DNA of 64,000 bases from an uncultured Poribacteria bacterium (lineage in GTDB: Bacteria; Poribacteria; WGA-4E; WGA-3G): positions 3,040,001 to 3,104,000 of the forward strand of contig OX638351.1 in NCBI GenBank assembly GCA_951813565.1, read 5' to 3'. Below, piece after piece: positions 1 through 10,139 of this stretch (its first letter is position 1; each line of letters opens with the position of its first letter). Position numbers and translations under genes: made by a program. The notes under the pieces are model-generated. The model saw only the letters and a program-made list of their open reading frames with translations. It searched no databases and was not told where the DNA came from.

Positions 1-39
1 GGCGGAAGCCGGAAAAATAAATACTATCTTTGGCTGGCT

Positions 40-1038
40 ATGATGACTATGGAAGGCATTATAATAAAAGCACGTGGTGGTACATACGAAGTGCAGATTG
101 GCAATCGGTGCTATACCTGTACGTTGCGCCATCATCTTATTGAAGCTGAAAAACGTCGTCTCAATGAAACAAAAGAGATGCCGTACGTTGATTTGGTTGC
201 CGTGGGTGACCGTGTTCGTATTTCTCCCTCGTCTTCTACAATGAACGCAGGATATATTGAGGAATGCTTACCACGGCAAACCCAATTCGGACGAACACGC
301 ATGGACGGTAGGCGACAAGTTATTGTGACTAATCTTGAAATGCTGTTAATCATCTTCGCAGCACGGCACCCAACACTCAAATTGCGGATGCTTGATCGAT
401 TCCTTGTCACTGCAGAAGCCTCAAATATAGACCCCGTGATCTGTATTAACAAAATGGATTTAGCAAAATTGGAGAATGTTCAACGCGAACTCAATTTATA
501 CGAAGAATTAGGATATAAAGTTGTTTACACAAGCATCGTAACAGGTTTTGGGATCGATAACTTACGTGAAGTTATGCGGGATAGAATTTCAGCAATTGTC
601 GGTTCATCCGGAGTGGGAAAATCTTCCTTACTGAATACGTTACAACCTGGACTACAGTTGCGTATTGGCGGGGTAGACTCCCGTATGCACAAGGGACAAC
701 ATACCACTACAGAAGTCATGTTGTTACCACTTGAATTTGGAGGGTTCGTCGCAGATACACCTGGTATCCGAACGCTCGGATTACTTGAAATTGACGATGA
801 ACAAGGGTTAGACATTCATTTTCCGGAGATGCGTCCTTATATCCCGGAGTGTAAATTTGCTGCATGTACACACCACCACGAACCAGCGTGTGCTGTTAAA
901 CAGGCAGTCAAAACAGGTAATATCAATTCTCTCCGATATGAAAGTTACTTACGTATCTCTGGATTCACAGAAGGAAGATATGAGCGAAATACAGATAACA
1001 AACGAAAAAACCGAACCGAACGGAAACGCAGACGCTGA
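40..1038 (+). CDS. rsgA: Ribosome small subunit-dependent GTPase A
   Basis: Circularly permuted GTPase motifs NKMD, GSSGVGKSS, HTTT, DTPG; C-terminal CKFAACTHHHEPAC Zn site. Confidence 0.93.
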   Translation: MMTMEGIIIKARGGTYEVQIGNRCYTCTLRHHLIEAEKRRLNETKEMPYVDLVAVGDRVRISPSSSTMNAGYIEECLPRQTQFGRTRMDGRRQVIVTNLEMLLIIFAARHPTLKLRMLDRFLVTAEASNIDPVICINKMDLAKLENVQRELNLYEELGYKVVYTSIVTGFGIDNLREVMRDRISAIVGSSGVGKSSLLNTLQPGLQLRIGGVDSRMHKGQHTTTEVMLLPLEFGGFVADTPGIRTLGLLEIDDEQGLDIHFPEMRPYIPECKFAACTHHHEPACAVKQAVKTGNINSLRYESYLRISGFTEGRYERNTDNKRKNRTERKRRR

Positions 1039-1810
1039 TCCGGAAAAATGGAAAAGTGTCATTCATGGATTGCAGCAGATTATTGATAGAACCGAGCAAA
1101 AACTCATATATTTTCAGAATCGTCTGAAGCGAGCACAGTTCATGGAAAGCCCAAGTCTGCGAAAGGTACGTGCAGCGGAAGCGCAAGTTGACATGCATTC
1201 AGCGCAGCTGGAGAGTTTGCGGAGTGAGTTGCACAATTTAGAGCGCCTCCAACATGGTGGAATCCTACTCCGCTCAACAACTCAAAATGAACTACGCCGA
1301 ATTTGGGGATGGATAAATCTACCCGATATGAGGGGTATGCTATATACACAAAAAATATCGTTTGAAATCTTTGTAGAGGACTGGCAACGTTGGACAGAGG
1401 ATGTAGAAACCCATGCACTTTCAATTGAAACACACACCACGCGACTCCTACTCGGGTTTATGCTTCTCCGATGCAACGCTGACGTCGTTGTTGTGAAGTT
1501 TGTAATCATTCGACCTGGTTACCGCGCTCGCGGCTACGGAATGGACGCTCTTACGGAGGCAGTGCGTTATGCGTTTGAGGAGTTGAATGCTGTTCATATC
1601 ACCTTACAGGTTTCACCTGATAACGATGCTGCAATCACATGTTTTGAAAATGTGGGATTCCAATACCTCGGTTATACTGATGTAGACGTACCGGTTTACA
1701 CGATGGGAATTGAACGAAGCGAGTGGGAAAATGATAATCCAGGCAATCCAACAGATGAGCAAATTACATCCCAACGGCTGCATGCCACGCTCCAAGAGTT
1801 CTTAAAATAA
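980..1810 (+). CDS. GNAT (RimJ/RimL-like) acetyltransferase with N-terminal coiled coil
   Basis: YRARGYG motif and NDAAITCFENVGF; ATG 980 follows AAGGAAG. Confidence 0.7.
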   Translation: MSEIQITNEKTEPNGNADADPEKWKSVIHGLQQIIDRTEQKLIYFQNRLKRAQFMESPSLRKVRAAEAQVDMHSAQLESLRSELHNLERLQHGGILLRSTTQNELRRIWGWINLPDMRGMLYTQKISFEIFVEDWQRWTEDVETHALSIETHTTRLLLGFMLLRCNADVVVVKFVIIRPGYRARGYGMDALTEAVRYAFEELNAVHITLQVSPDNDAAITCFENVGFQYLGYTDVDVPVYTMGIERSEWENDNPGNPTDEQITSQRLHATLQEFLK

Positions 1811-1995
1811 AAAATTTTACAGATTTTTGGAGTAATACTATGCAAAAGTGCATCCGAAAATGTGTATAGGTAAAATCATTGTGATTTTTTAAGTTTTATT
1901 GTATACTTTTGCATGTAGCATACATGCATGAGATTTCACCGATGTCTGTTGACATCCTTAACCCTATTCCAAAATTTACATAAGGAGGGACCGTT

Positions 1996-2076
1996 ATGTC
2001 TTTGAACCACACCACCCTTAATCTAAACGTATTACTTACAAGGCGATGGTGCCTCTGCCCATTCTCAATATATTGA
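1996..2076 (+). CDS. Putative 26-aa leader peptide MSLNHTTLNLNVLLTRRWCLCPFSIY
   Basis: Strong RBS TAAGGAGG before ATG 1996; overlaps hairpin 2041-2103. Confidence 0.35.
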   Translation: MSLNHTTLNLNVLLTRRWCLCPFSIY

Positions 2077-2124
2077 TTTGAAATGGCATAGGTACCAGCG
2101 CCTCACTCTGAGGAGTCGTTATCT

Positions 2125-2499
2125 ATGTCCGAATTTAATCCCGATTTTTGGGAAGTTCCGGTGCCACCGGAATTTTTTGACCAACTGACTACGGAAGACC
2201 ACCTCTGGTATCAGTCCCCCTCTGACGAATATACAAAGGCACGTCAAGCAAAACGGCAAAAAGTCTTAGAACAGATTCGTCATATTGTTTCCAAAGAACT
2301 GACTGGTCGCCAAAATGATTGCGTTCAACTCTATTTTTACGAAGGGAAAACACAAGAGGAGATCGGTTGTATCCTCGGCATTTCTCGCAGGGTTGTCAGT
2401 CAACATCTCTTTGGTGTCACGCGGGGCGGGAGGAAGGTCGGCGGCGCGATTAACAAAATCCGAAAGATGTGCCGCAAATTGGGAATACACTATCCGTAG
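2125..2499 (+). CDS. Stand-alone sigma-70 region 4-type HTH protein
   Basis: LTGRQNDCVQLYFYEGKTQEEIGCILGISRRVVSQHL; RBS GAGGAG. Confidence 0.75.
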   Translation: MSEFNPDFWEVPVPPEFFDQLTTEDHLWYQSPSDEYTKARQAKRQKVLEQIRHIVSKELTGRQNDCVQLYFYEGKTQEEIGCILGISRRVVSQHLFGVTRGGRKVGGAINKIRKMCRKLGIHYP

Positions 2500-2540
2500 T
2501 TGTCTTGTAAACAGAACTATTTGATTGTAGAAGAGAATCG

Positions 2541-2575
2541 CCGTGAGAGAGAATCTTAATAGTTGTCTCTCACGG
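2541..2575 (+). terminator. Stem-loop downstream of the HTH gene
   Basis: CCGTGAGAGA...TCTCTCACGG 10-bp inverted repeat; no clear U-tract. Confidence 0.35.
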
Positions 2576-2836
2576 TGAGCACCTTAATTTCACCTTCAAC
2601 TTAAAACGCTAAACCGGAATTAAATTGGCGTTTTCCCTACCATCTTATTCTTTTCTTTTGCAACCCTCTTGCTTTAAGCAAAAACGGTTCATCATGGAAC
2701 TAAAAGCATGGAGATTTCACGCTGCCCACTGAAACTTACAGATTGCCAAAAATCCGTATCTGTAGTATCCTTATTTCCGTTTCTTATATCAAAAATCTCA
2801 CGGAAAAACACAATACTTTGAAAAAGGGTGAATCTC

Positions 2837-4024
2837 ATGGCAATTCGGATTGCGATTATTGGTTGTGGTGGTATGGCAAACGGTCATCTTAACGCTTATC
2901 TTACAATTCACAATACAGAACCCGGTAAAGTGGAACTCGTCGCGATGTGCGATGAAGTTAAGGATCGGGCAGACAACTTTGCCGAACGAGTCAAAGAGGT
3001 GACAGGTAAAAAGCCTGCGGTGTTTGATGACACAGACACAATGCTTTCAACGGTAGATTTAGACGGTGCGGATATTTGCACTTCACACGCGCATCACCAT
3101 ATCAATGCGATTAAATGTCTCAACGTTGGTGTCAACGTCATGGTAGAAAAACCGATGGGTGTTACCGTCAAAGCCACACATGCGATTATTGCTGCTGCGA
3201 AAGCGAACGGTAAAATTGCAGCAACGGCAGAAAATATACGACGAATGCCGAGCCGCCGCACAGCGGAGTGGTTGATGAACGAAAAACAGATGCTCGGTGA
3301 TTTACGTATGTTCTGTGCGCAGCACGCGAGTCATCGGGAACCGAACCCTCAAAGCGAATGGCACTGGCGACTTGACCTAACACTCGGTGGTGGAGGTATG
3401 GTGATGGATTCTGGTGCACATTATTGTGATACGTTGCGTTTTCTTTTTGGTGATCCAAGTACCGTTTATGGACGCGTTTGCCAATTTGAGAATCTTGAAG
3501 TCACCAAAGCTGGAGAAATCGTCAAGAACGAACAAGAAGACACGTGGGTAGCAACAATTAACTTCAAGAACGGTGTCATCGGATTGTGGACATGCACATG
3601 GGCCGCGGTTGGACACGGGTTTAATCACGTCGTTTACTATGGAAGCGAAGGGTGTCTACTTGATAATGGGGACATCTTCCACGGACCATTTGAAGGTGGA
3701 GAAGTCATTCTCAAAGACGGTTCCCACCATTCAATGGAAAGCCTTATCGCTGAATATATGGCAAGTTTGTCTGACCAAGAGAAAAACCGACTTTTTCCGC
3801 ACAATTTCACCGATGGTGTAGTGCTTGAATGCTACGATTTTGTAGATGCAATCGAAAACAATCGTCCACCCGAATTGGATGCTGCAGCAGGACTCCGCGC
3901 AAAATCAATCTGCGAAGCAATCTACGAATCCAACGCGTGCGGGCAAGCAGTCAACTACGAAGAAGTGGTATCTGGCGACATTGAGGTTTATCAGAAACCG
4001 ATCAACGAACGGTGGGGTTTATAG
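2837..4024 (+). CDS. Gfo/Idh/MocA family oxidoreductase
   Basis: IAIIGCGGMA, VEKPM, MDSGAHYCD. Confidence 0.9.
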   Translation: MAIRIAIIGCGGMANGHLNAYLTIHNTEPGKVELVAMCDEVKDRADNFAERVKEVTGKKPAVFDDTDTMLSTVDLDGADICTSHAHHHINAIKCLNVGVNVMVEKPMGVTVKATHAIIAAAKANGKIAATAENIRRMPSRRTAEWLMNEKQMLGDLRMFCAQHASHREPNPQSEWHWRLDLTLGGGGMVMDSGAHYCDTLRFLFGDPSTVYGRVCQFENLEVTKAGEIVKNEQEDTWVATINFKNGVIGLWTCTWAAVGHGFNHVVYYGSEGCLLDNGDIFHGPFEGGEVILKDGSHHSMESLIAEYMASLSDQEKNRLFPHNFTDGVVLECYDFVDAIENNRPPELDAAAGLRAKSICEAIYESNACGQAVNYEEVVSGDIEVYQKPINERWGL

Positions 4025-5338
4025 TTGTCTGATAAAGAACAAACTGCCGCCACGACATCTGATAAAGCCACTGAACGCAAAGATGAGTCTGTTAAGAGAG
4101 AAAAACTTGTTGGTTACTTTGAACTTCTACTAAGTAATTCCAACTTTCGTTGGCTTTGGGCAGGACAAGTTGTCAGCCTCTTAGGCGATTGGTTTAATAT
4201 CATCGCTTCTGCGATACTGATTCACAATCTGACGGAATCGGGATTGGCATTAGGCATATTGTTTACAATACGAATGCTTGCCCCCTTCTTCGTAGCACCG
4301 CTCGCGGGTATATGCGCTGATCGCTTCAACCGAAAGCACATCTTAATCATCACTGATATCGTCCGAGGACTACTTCTTCTCGGATTTCTTTTTGTTAAAG
4401 ACGCAAACGATATCTGGCTTCTTTACCTCCTCACGACGCTTCTATTTGGTGTAAGCGGGTTCTTCAGTCCTGCACGCAGTGCGATCCTACCGGATGTTAC
4501 CTCACAACGCGAACTCGGCACAGCGAATGCACTGAGTGCTACAACATGGTCAGTAATGCTTGCTTTTGGAGCAGCTATCGGAGGATTTACAGCAGGTCTA
4601 TTTGGGGTTCATACAGCCTTTATAATTGACGGATTAACCTTTTTCGTTTCAGCTGTCCTCCTACTACAGATTAAACTGCCGCACCGTTCTACCTCTACAA
4701 CAGAGGTTCGCGAAGGTTCAAAGTTTACAACACTCCGTTACATGTTGCGGCATCCCGATATTTTCATTATATCGCTACATAAAGCGGCTATTGCACTCCT
4801 ATTGTCTTCTGGATATATGGTGGCACAAGTCGAGATTGCAAAATCGCACTTCGTTATAGGCATGGGAGGTGCAATCAGTTTAGGACTGATGTATTGTATG
4901 AATGGCGTTGGCAGCGGTATAGGACCAATAGTTGCAAGATATTGGGCAGGGGACCGGGATAAACCGCTTCGGCGCTGTATCAGTCTCGGTTATTTGATCG
5001 GAACGGTTGGACTCGCGATTGCTGCGCCGCTGTTGAGTCTACCAATTGTAGTTTTTGGTGGTTTTATCCGAAGTATTGGTGGCGGAATCGCTTGGGTATT
5101 TTCTACTCAACTGCTCCTGCAACGTGCTCCCAATGAGATACGAGGACGCATCTTTGGCACGGAGTTTGCGCTCTTTACGCTTATGGGAGGAATCGCTACG
5201 GCAATTGTCGGTGCAATGCTGGATATCTTTGGCGTGCAGGCTGTTTTATGGGGAATGACTGCGCTTCCACTTATTCCTGCAGTACTATGGTGGCTATGGC
5301 AGGCACGACACATATCCTCAGATGCGGGAAAACGATGA
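4025..5338 (+). CDS. MFS transporter
   Basis: About 12 hydrophobic segments; GICADRFNRK motif A. Confidence 0.9.
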   Translation: MSDKEQTAATTSDKATERKDESVKREKLVGYFELLLSNSNFRWLWAGQVVSLLGDWFNIIASAILIHNLTESGLALGILFTIRMLAPFFVAPLAGICADRFNRKHILIITDIVRGLLLLGFLFVKDANDIWLLYLLTTLLFGVSGFFSPARSAILPDVTSQRELGTANALSATTWSVMLAFGAAIGGFTAGLFGVHTAFIIDGLTFFVSAVLLLQIKLPHRSTSTTEVREGSKFTTLRYMLRHPDIFIISLHKAAIALLLSSGYMVAQVEIAKSHFVIGMGGAISLGLMYCMNGVGSGIGPIVARYWAGDRDKPLRRCISLGYLIGTVGLAIAAPLLSLPIVVFGGFIRSIGGGIAWVFSTQLLLQRAPNEIRGRIFGTEFALFTLMGGIATAIVGAMLDIFGVQAVLWGMTALPLIPAVLWWLWQARHISSDAGKR

Positions 5339-6934
5339 AGGTTTTTCTTGCATTACAGGAATGATGTAGCTGCGAATTGTTATTTCCTCCAATGTTTCTG
5401 TTTCAACGCGTGATTCTGGATTTGTGCGGTGATCAAACACAACATAATATCCCTCGTCAGCCTTTTCCGTTTTGAGATACGCTACGAGTTGCTTTTTGCC
5501 CGCTTGATAATACCTTTTTCCTTCCCATATCTTAGTTTCAACAATATATTTTCGAGCGTTGTGAATAATGAGAAGGTCTATTCTACCACGTCCAGTTTGC
5601 ACTTCAAGAAACATATCAGCGTTGGCAATGCGAATAAAGTGATCGAGATAGGCATATAACAAGTTTTGACCAACATATTCCTGTGGCGTTTCTGGCACTT
5701 CCAATATGCGAAATCCTGCGCGGGCAATAAAATCCTTGAAATTATCAAGCAGTGCTCCCAGTTCAATTTCTCCTGCAGGTGAAACGTAATCAATAAAATC
5801 TTTATCGCTTTCTTCAGAAAAATACGTCTCCTCCAACCCATTGACTATCGGTTTAAATGCTTGCATGATACGGTGTTGATAGATCGGATTGACAATTTCA
5901 CACATTCTGTCATCGCCTTTTTTAATTACGCCATATATAACAAGTTCATTGATGATTTCGTTATCAAGGGTAAACGGCAGTCCTCTTTCATAAGAGGTAA
6001 TTCTCATGAGTAGTTTTTCAAACCGTCGGTCTCTACGAACATTAGTTAGGAGGTGCTGGATGTTGGTATTCTGCTCTTCAAGCATTTGTTGATGGGCAGT
6101 TAAAAAGTGTTCCATCCGTATTGTTTCTGTTTTGGGAATGTTCAATTCCTCTGTGAGAATCTGCGCAAATCGGTTGACAAGGAACGGTTGCCCAGCTGTC
6201 TGTTTATGGAGTGTTACGATGACTTCTGAGTCAAACGTTTGTCCTACTTCATCTGTATATTGCATGAGTAACTCACTTACCTGCTCTAAACTAAAATTTT
6301 GTAAGTTGAACTCATCTTGGATATTGAAAGGTGAGACTGAACGGTCGTAGTTGAGTTGTGTGATGCTTTTAACCCCAACGATGCTAACACTGTGCGGGCA
6401 TTGCAATTCATCAGAGAGGTAGATATGGCGTAGCGAATGAAGAAAATTGCTCACAACGGATTGCGGAATACCATCAAATTCGTCAATGATGAGGGCAACT
6501 TTCGGATCCATTTTGTAATGCAAATTCAGAAAATTAGTAAGGGTCTCAAAAAAGTATCGCATTGAAACATGATCGGTTATTTTTGGTTCGGTCAATAATT
6601 GTTCCAATGCGACAGAAGGCACCTCACCGCGTCTTTGGATGCCCCTCTCAAGTTCTCTGCACAATTCTCTGTGAAAGGATGAATAAAAATCAGTAACATT
6701 CAGGTTTTTATACTCTTCAAAATTTAGTTGAATTGGGAAATAGTTTTGATCTTCGGTTGTAAGTGCCTCAGCAGTGAATCGGAAGAAGGTAGTTTTGCCT
6801 GTTTGGCGCGGCGCAAAGAGGACGATGTACCGTCCCTCTTTTATACGGTTGATGAAATCCGCGATCTCTTCAGTGCGCGACACAATATAGTGTTTGTCAG
6901 GATAAACGCGTCCTCGGGTTCCAAAACTTTTCAT
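5318..6934 (-). CDS. AAA-like ATPase with C-terminal PD-(D/E)XK-like domain
   Basis: Walker A APRQTGKT, Walker B LIIDEFD, C-terminal GRIDLLI..YIVETK. Confidence 0.8.
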   Translation of the reverse strand: MKSFGTRGRVYPDKHYIVSRTEEIADFINRIKEGRYIVLFAPRQTGKTTFFRFTAEALTTEDQNYFPIQLNFEEYKNLNVTDFYSSFHRELCRELERGIQRRGEVPSVALEQLLTEPKITDHVSMRYFFETLTNFLNLHYKMDPKVALIIDEFDGIPQSVVSNFLHSLRHIYLSDELQCPHSVSIVGVKSITQLNYDRSVSPFNIQDEFNLQNFSLEQVSELLMQYTDEVGQTFDSEVIVTLHKQTAGQPFLVNRFAQILTEELNIPKTETIRMEHFLTAHQQMLEEQNTNIQHLLTNVRRDRRFEKLLMRITSYERGLPFTLDNEIINELVIYGVIKKGDDRMCEIVNPIYQHRIMQAFKPIVNGLEETYFSEESDKDFIDYVSPAGEIELGALLDNFKDFIARAGFRILEVPETPQEYVGQNLLYAYLDHFIRIANADMFLEVQTGRGRIDLLIIHNARKYIVETKIWEGKRYYQAGKKQLVAYLKTEKADEGYYVVFDHRTNPESRVETETLEEITIRSYIIPVMQEKPSSFSRI

Positions 6935-6960
6935 TTTTTCACCTTATACCAATTTTGAAA

Positions 6961-7110
6961 ATACCGTTTAGAAGACATTATGACCTTGATACTCATATAG
7001 TGTAATGTTGAATGTAAGAGGCGCAATGAATTGCGCGTGGTGAATGTGCGTATGACATTCACATTAAACGCGTTTTTTGTCAATGAGAAGTCATTATTTA
7101 GAAATGGTAT
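6961..7110. repeat. Dispersed MITE-like repeat, copy 1 (copy 2 at 9992-10137, partial at about 11563-11625)
   Basis: Shared core GAGGCGCAATGAATTGCGC..GTGAATGT-GCGTNYG-ACATTCACATTAAACGC; imperfect ends ATACCGTTT/AAATGGTAT. Confidence 0.6.
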
Positions 7111-7175
7111 TACTTATCACATCGTGGCTTGATAGTGCGTTTTCACACAGTAGAAAGTAATATTCTTATCAGGTT

Positions 7176-7910
7176 CTATTCATCTTCGTCTTCAGAATAG
7201 GAATGTCCACTGAAAATTGCCCGCACCTGTTTTGCTGTTTTTGGACCTGATAACAATTGCCCAATTCGGTCGCCTTCCTCCTTCAGCAATGCCTTGACAT
7301 TTGTTAACACCGCTTCCAATTTATCCCCTGGAAACTTACATGCCCCGTTTTCATCCATGTGGATAATCTCACCCGGTGCCACATCCATTCCGGCTATTGA
7401 GACAGGGACATTTACAGATTGAACCGCCATTGCGCCGTGTCCAGGTGAAATCCCACTCAACAGATATTGAAATTCCATCGGGCGGATTTCATCAATGTCC
7501 CGCGAAGGGCCATTTGAAATTGCACCTAAACAGCCCACAGATTTCATTGCCGCAGTCATGTTACCACCTGCTAACCCCACTTTATTTTCTAATTCTGGTG
7601 GAAATTTTTGCTGCAACGCTAAAATTGTCGGTTTTTCAGATGCATCTAACGCATCAACCACGTCCATAAAGGAGAGTTCGGAATAGTTCGGATCGGGTAA
7701 GCCGTAAACACACGTCACCGCATATCCTGCAATTGCCCCTAACTCAGGATACATACAACGGATAGTGGTGTCCGTGTACCAATTTTCTGTCCACGGATTG
7801 TAAAGTCCGAGGCAAAGCGGATTTCCCGGATAGGTCGCGACCACATTTGTTATTGACGGTGTATCATATTTACGCAGTTCTATTAACATTTCCTGTTCTG
7901 TTAATGCCAT
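7176..7910 (-). CDS. RraA/HMG-aldolase family protein
   Basis: YDTPSITN, NGPSRDIDE, GEIIHMDENG; ATG 7910 follows GAGG. Confidence 0.8.
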   Translation of the reverse strand: MALTEQEMLIELRKYDTPSITNVVATYPGNPLCLGLYNPWTENWYTDTTIRCMYPELGAIAGYAVTCVYGLPDPNYSELSFMDVVDALDASEKPTILALQQKFPPELENKVGLAGGNMTAAMKSVGCLGAISNGPSRDIDEIRPMEFQYLLSGISPGHGAMAVQSVNVPVSIAGMDVAPGEIIHMDENGACKFPGDKLEAVLTNVKALLKEEGDRIGQLLSGPKTAKQVRAIFSGHSYSEDEDE

Positions 7911-7927
7911 AGTGGACCTCATATTTT

Positions 7928-8080
7928 AACCTAAGTTGCTACGGACAAGATTTCAAGCTTGCAGACATTGCTTTTTACTGAAAAACAAGGATTTCCAGCT
8001 AATTCTTATGCTTTCTTTTCTAAATCGGGGTTAGAAACCCCTCCTACAAGAGCATTCGCGATATAGGTAGCAACTTGGGT
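7928..8080. mobile_element. MITE, copy 1, containing a GTAG-type REP
   Basis: Ends AACCTAAGTTGCTAC/GTAGCAACTTGGGT; flanking duplication TATTTT; homologous to 9787-9975. Confidence 0.75.
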
Positions 8081-8107
8081 TATTTTAGTAAGATTTTCCA
8101 AGTTCAA

Positions 8108-8986
8108 TTAGACAGGCATTGTCCTGCCAGCATAAGCACGACCAATACGTGCAGTTTCTTCGCCTGAGCCACAGATTCTCACGCCAGCATCAATACTTGC
8201 TTCAATTGTATCAGGCGATGCGCTTTCCAAAAATTTTAGACCTGCCGATTGGCATGCCGCAAACACGCGATCCCGGGCATCTTGCAATTCCTGTGGACGC
8301 GGGTTTGGTTGATGCTTATAACCGAACGACATGCTCATATCACCCGGCCCCCATTCCGCAAAGGCAATTCCTGGCACCCGAGCAGTCATTTCAACGTTAG
8401 CTAACGCTCGCTTATTTTCAAATTTCAAACCGAGGAGCAGTTCACCGTCAGGGTTCAATGGCCACGGATCAGCAGTATCAAGGTATTGGTCAACGGAAAC
8501 CCCCCAGATATGTGAGGCAGGACCTTGACCGGCAGAACCACGTCTGCCAACATCCAATTGTGTTCCTACGCCGATTGTCTGGAATGGGTAACGGCACGCC
8601 TCTACAAATGCTTTGACTGCCTCTGGTGATTCTGCGTGGCATAGCAGTAGACCATGCACACCGCGTGCGAGTAGTTGTCGCATCTGCCATCCGTTGGCGC
8701 GAATAACGTCTGCACTTACGCCATCTACTGGCAACTCAACAATCACTGCTGGTGTTTTGTGTCCACTATTTGTGGAACCACCATCTGCCAGTCCTCGCAT
8801 GTAACTATCCAATCCGGACAGATCAAAACAACCGTGTTCCATACCGATGTTGATATAGTCTGCCCATGTTCTTGCCATCTCGCGACCTGCATCATAATTC
8901 AGGTCCGAGGTTGTGTGGCTTCCTGTATAAAAAACCGGCTGATCTGCTTCTAACAATTCAATCGCTTTATTAACCCGTTTGGGCAT
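8108..8986 (-). CDS. HpcH/HpaI aldolase/citrate lyase family protein
   Basis: IGMEHG, LKFEN, WGPGDMSMS. Confidence 0.8.
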   Translation of the reverse strand: MPKRVNKAIELLEADQPVFYTGSHTTSDLNYDAGREMARTWADYINIGMEHGCFDLSGLDSYMRGLADGGSTNSGHKTPAVIVELPVDGVSADVIRANGWQMRQLLARGVHGLLLCHAESPEAVKAFVEACRYPFQTIGVGTQLDVGRRGSAGQGPASHIWGVSVDQYLDTADPWPLNPDGELLLGLKFENKRALANVEMTARVPGIAFAEWGPGDMSMSFGYKHQPNPRPQELQDARDRVFAACQSAGLKFLESASPDTIEASIDAGVRICGSGEETARIGRAYAGRTMPV

Positions 8987-9124
8987 TGTGATGCTCCTTC
9001 AAAAGCCCCGAAAACAGGTTTGAATAGCGGGGCATGTATCTGTAGTTGCTTTATGGCTTTATCTTATAGCAAAGGTTGGCAATCTGTCAATAGAAATTTG
9101 GGATTATTCTTTGGTATATTAGGG

Positions 9125-9690
9125 TATTAGTTTATGTTTTGGATATTTACTCGGAAGGTCGCGAGCTGGAGCTCGCTCCTACAGGAAGAGACTTTTGAAA
9201 GTAATAGTTCATTCAATACACCTGTCGTACCGCTGGTGCTTTATGAATGAGTGTTCCGATTGTTCTTTCTATACACATTTCGCCCCTCTGGGCTACACAT
9301 ATCCAAAAAAATAGGTAATACCAATTCTAACCTAATACCAGATTCATTTGATTCATCGTCTTCACATACCGCTCCGCTGGAGCGGAAGACAGAAAACTCC
9401 ACGTGCTATAAACATACCGCTCCGCTGGAGCGGAAGAGTAGAAAAAACACTGGAAAAAACAAGACGAATTACGTTAATTTGGTATTAGGATATTAGTTTA
9501 TGTTTTGGATATTTACTCGGAAGGTCGCGAGCTGGAGCTCGCTCCTACAGGAAGAGACTTTTGAAAGTAATAGTTCATTCAATACACCTGTCGTACCGCT
9601 GGTGCTTTATGAATGAGTGTTCCGATTGTTCTTTCTATACACATTTCGCCCCTTTGGGCTACACATATCCAAAAAAATAGGTAATACCAA
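9125..9690. repeat. 200-bp direct duplication (9125-9324 and 9491-9690) around a REP-bearing insert
   Basis: The two copies differ at one position by eye; each holds a GTAG REP and two hairpin repeats. Confidence 0.85.
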
Positions 9691-9786
9691 ATTAACGAGT
9701 TTTGTATTGTTTTCACTGCCGAGAACACGGGCGGGCACAGAGACCCGCCCCTACGATTTTGGGTAATTTGGTATAATACCAATTCT

Positions 9787-9975
9787 AACCTAAGTTGCTA
9801 CGGACAAGATTTCAAGTTAGCAAACACTGCTTTTTACTGAAAAAACAAGGCTTTTTCGCTGATTCTTATGTTTTTTGTTCTAAAATCCAAATCAACACCA
9901 AATGCGCGTTTGGCATTTGGCGGGGTTAGAAACCCCTCCTACAAGAGCATTTGCGAAATAGGTGGCAACTTGGTT
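9787..9975. mobile_element. MITE, copy 2, with a 34-bp internal insertion
   Basis: Same ends as 7928-8080; flanking duplication AATTCT. Confidence 0.75.
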
Positions 9976-9991
9976 AATTCTAATAAAAAAC

Positions 9992-10137
9992 GTACCATTA
10001 CAGAGATTTATTGGAACTTTGAAACTCGACGAATGTGAATGTAAGAGGCGCAATAAATTGCGTTTGGTGAATGTGCGTCCGACATTCACATTAAACGCAT
10101 TTTTTATTAATGAAAGGCAATCAATTAGAAATGGTAG
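9992..10137. repeat. Dispersed MITE-like repeat, copy 2 of 6961-7110
   Basis: Shared core and 3' end TTAGAAATGGTA. Confidence 0.6.
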
Positions 10138-10139
10138 TC

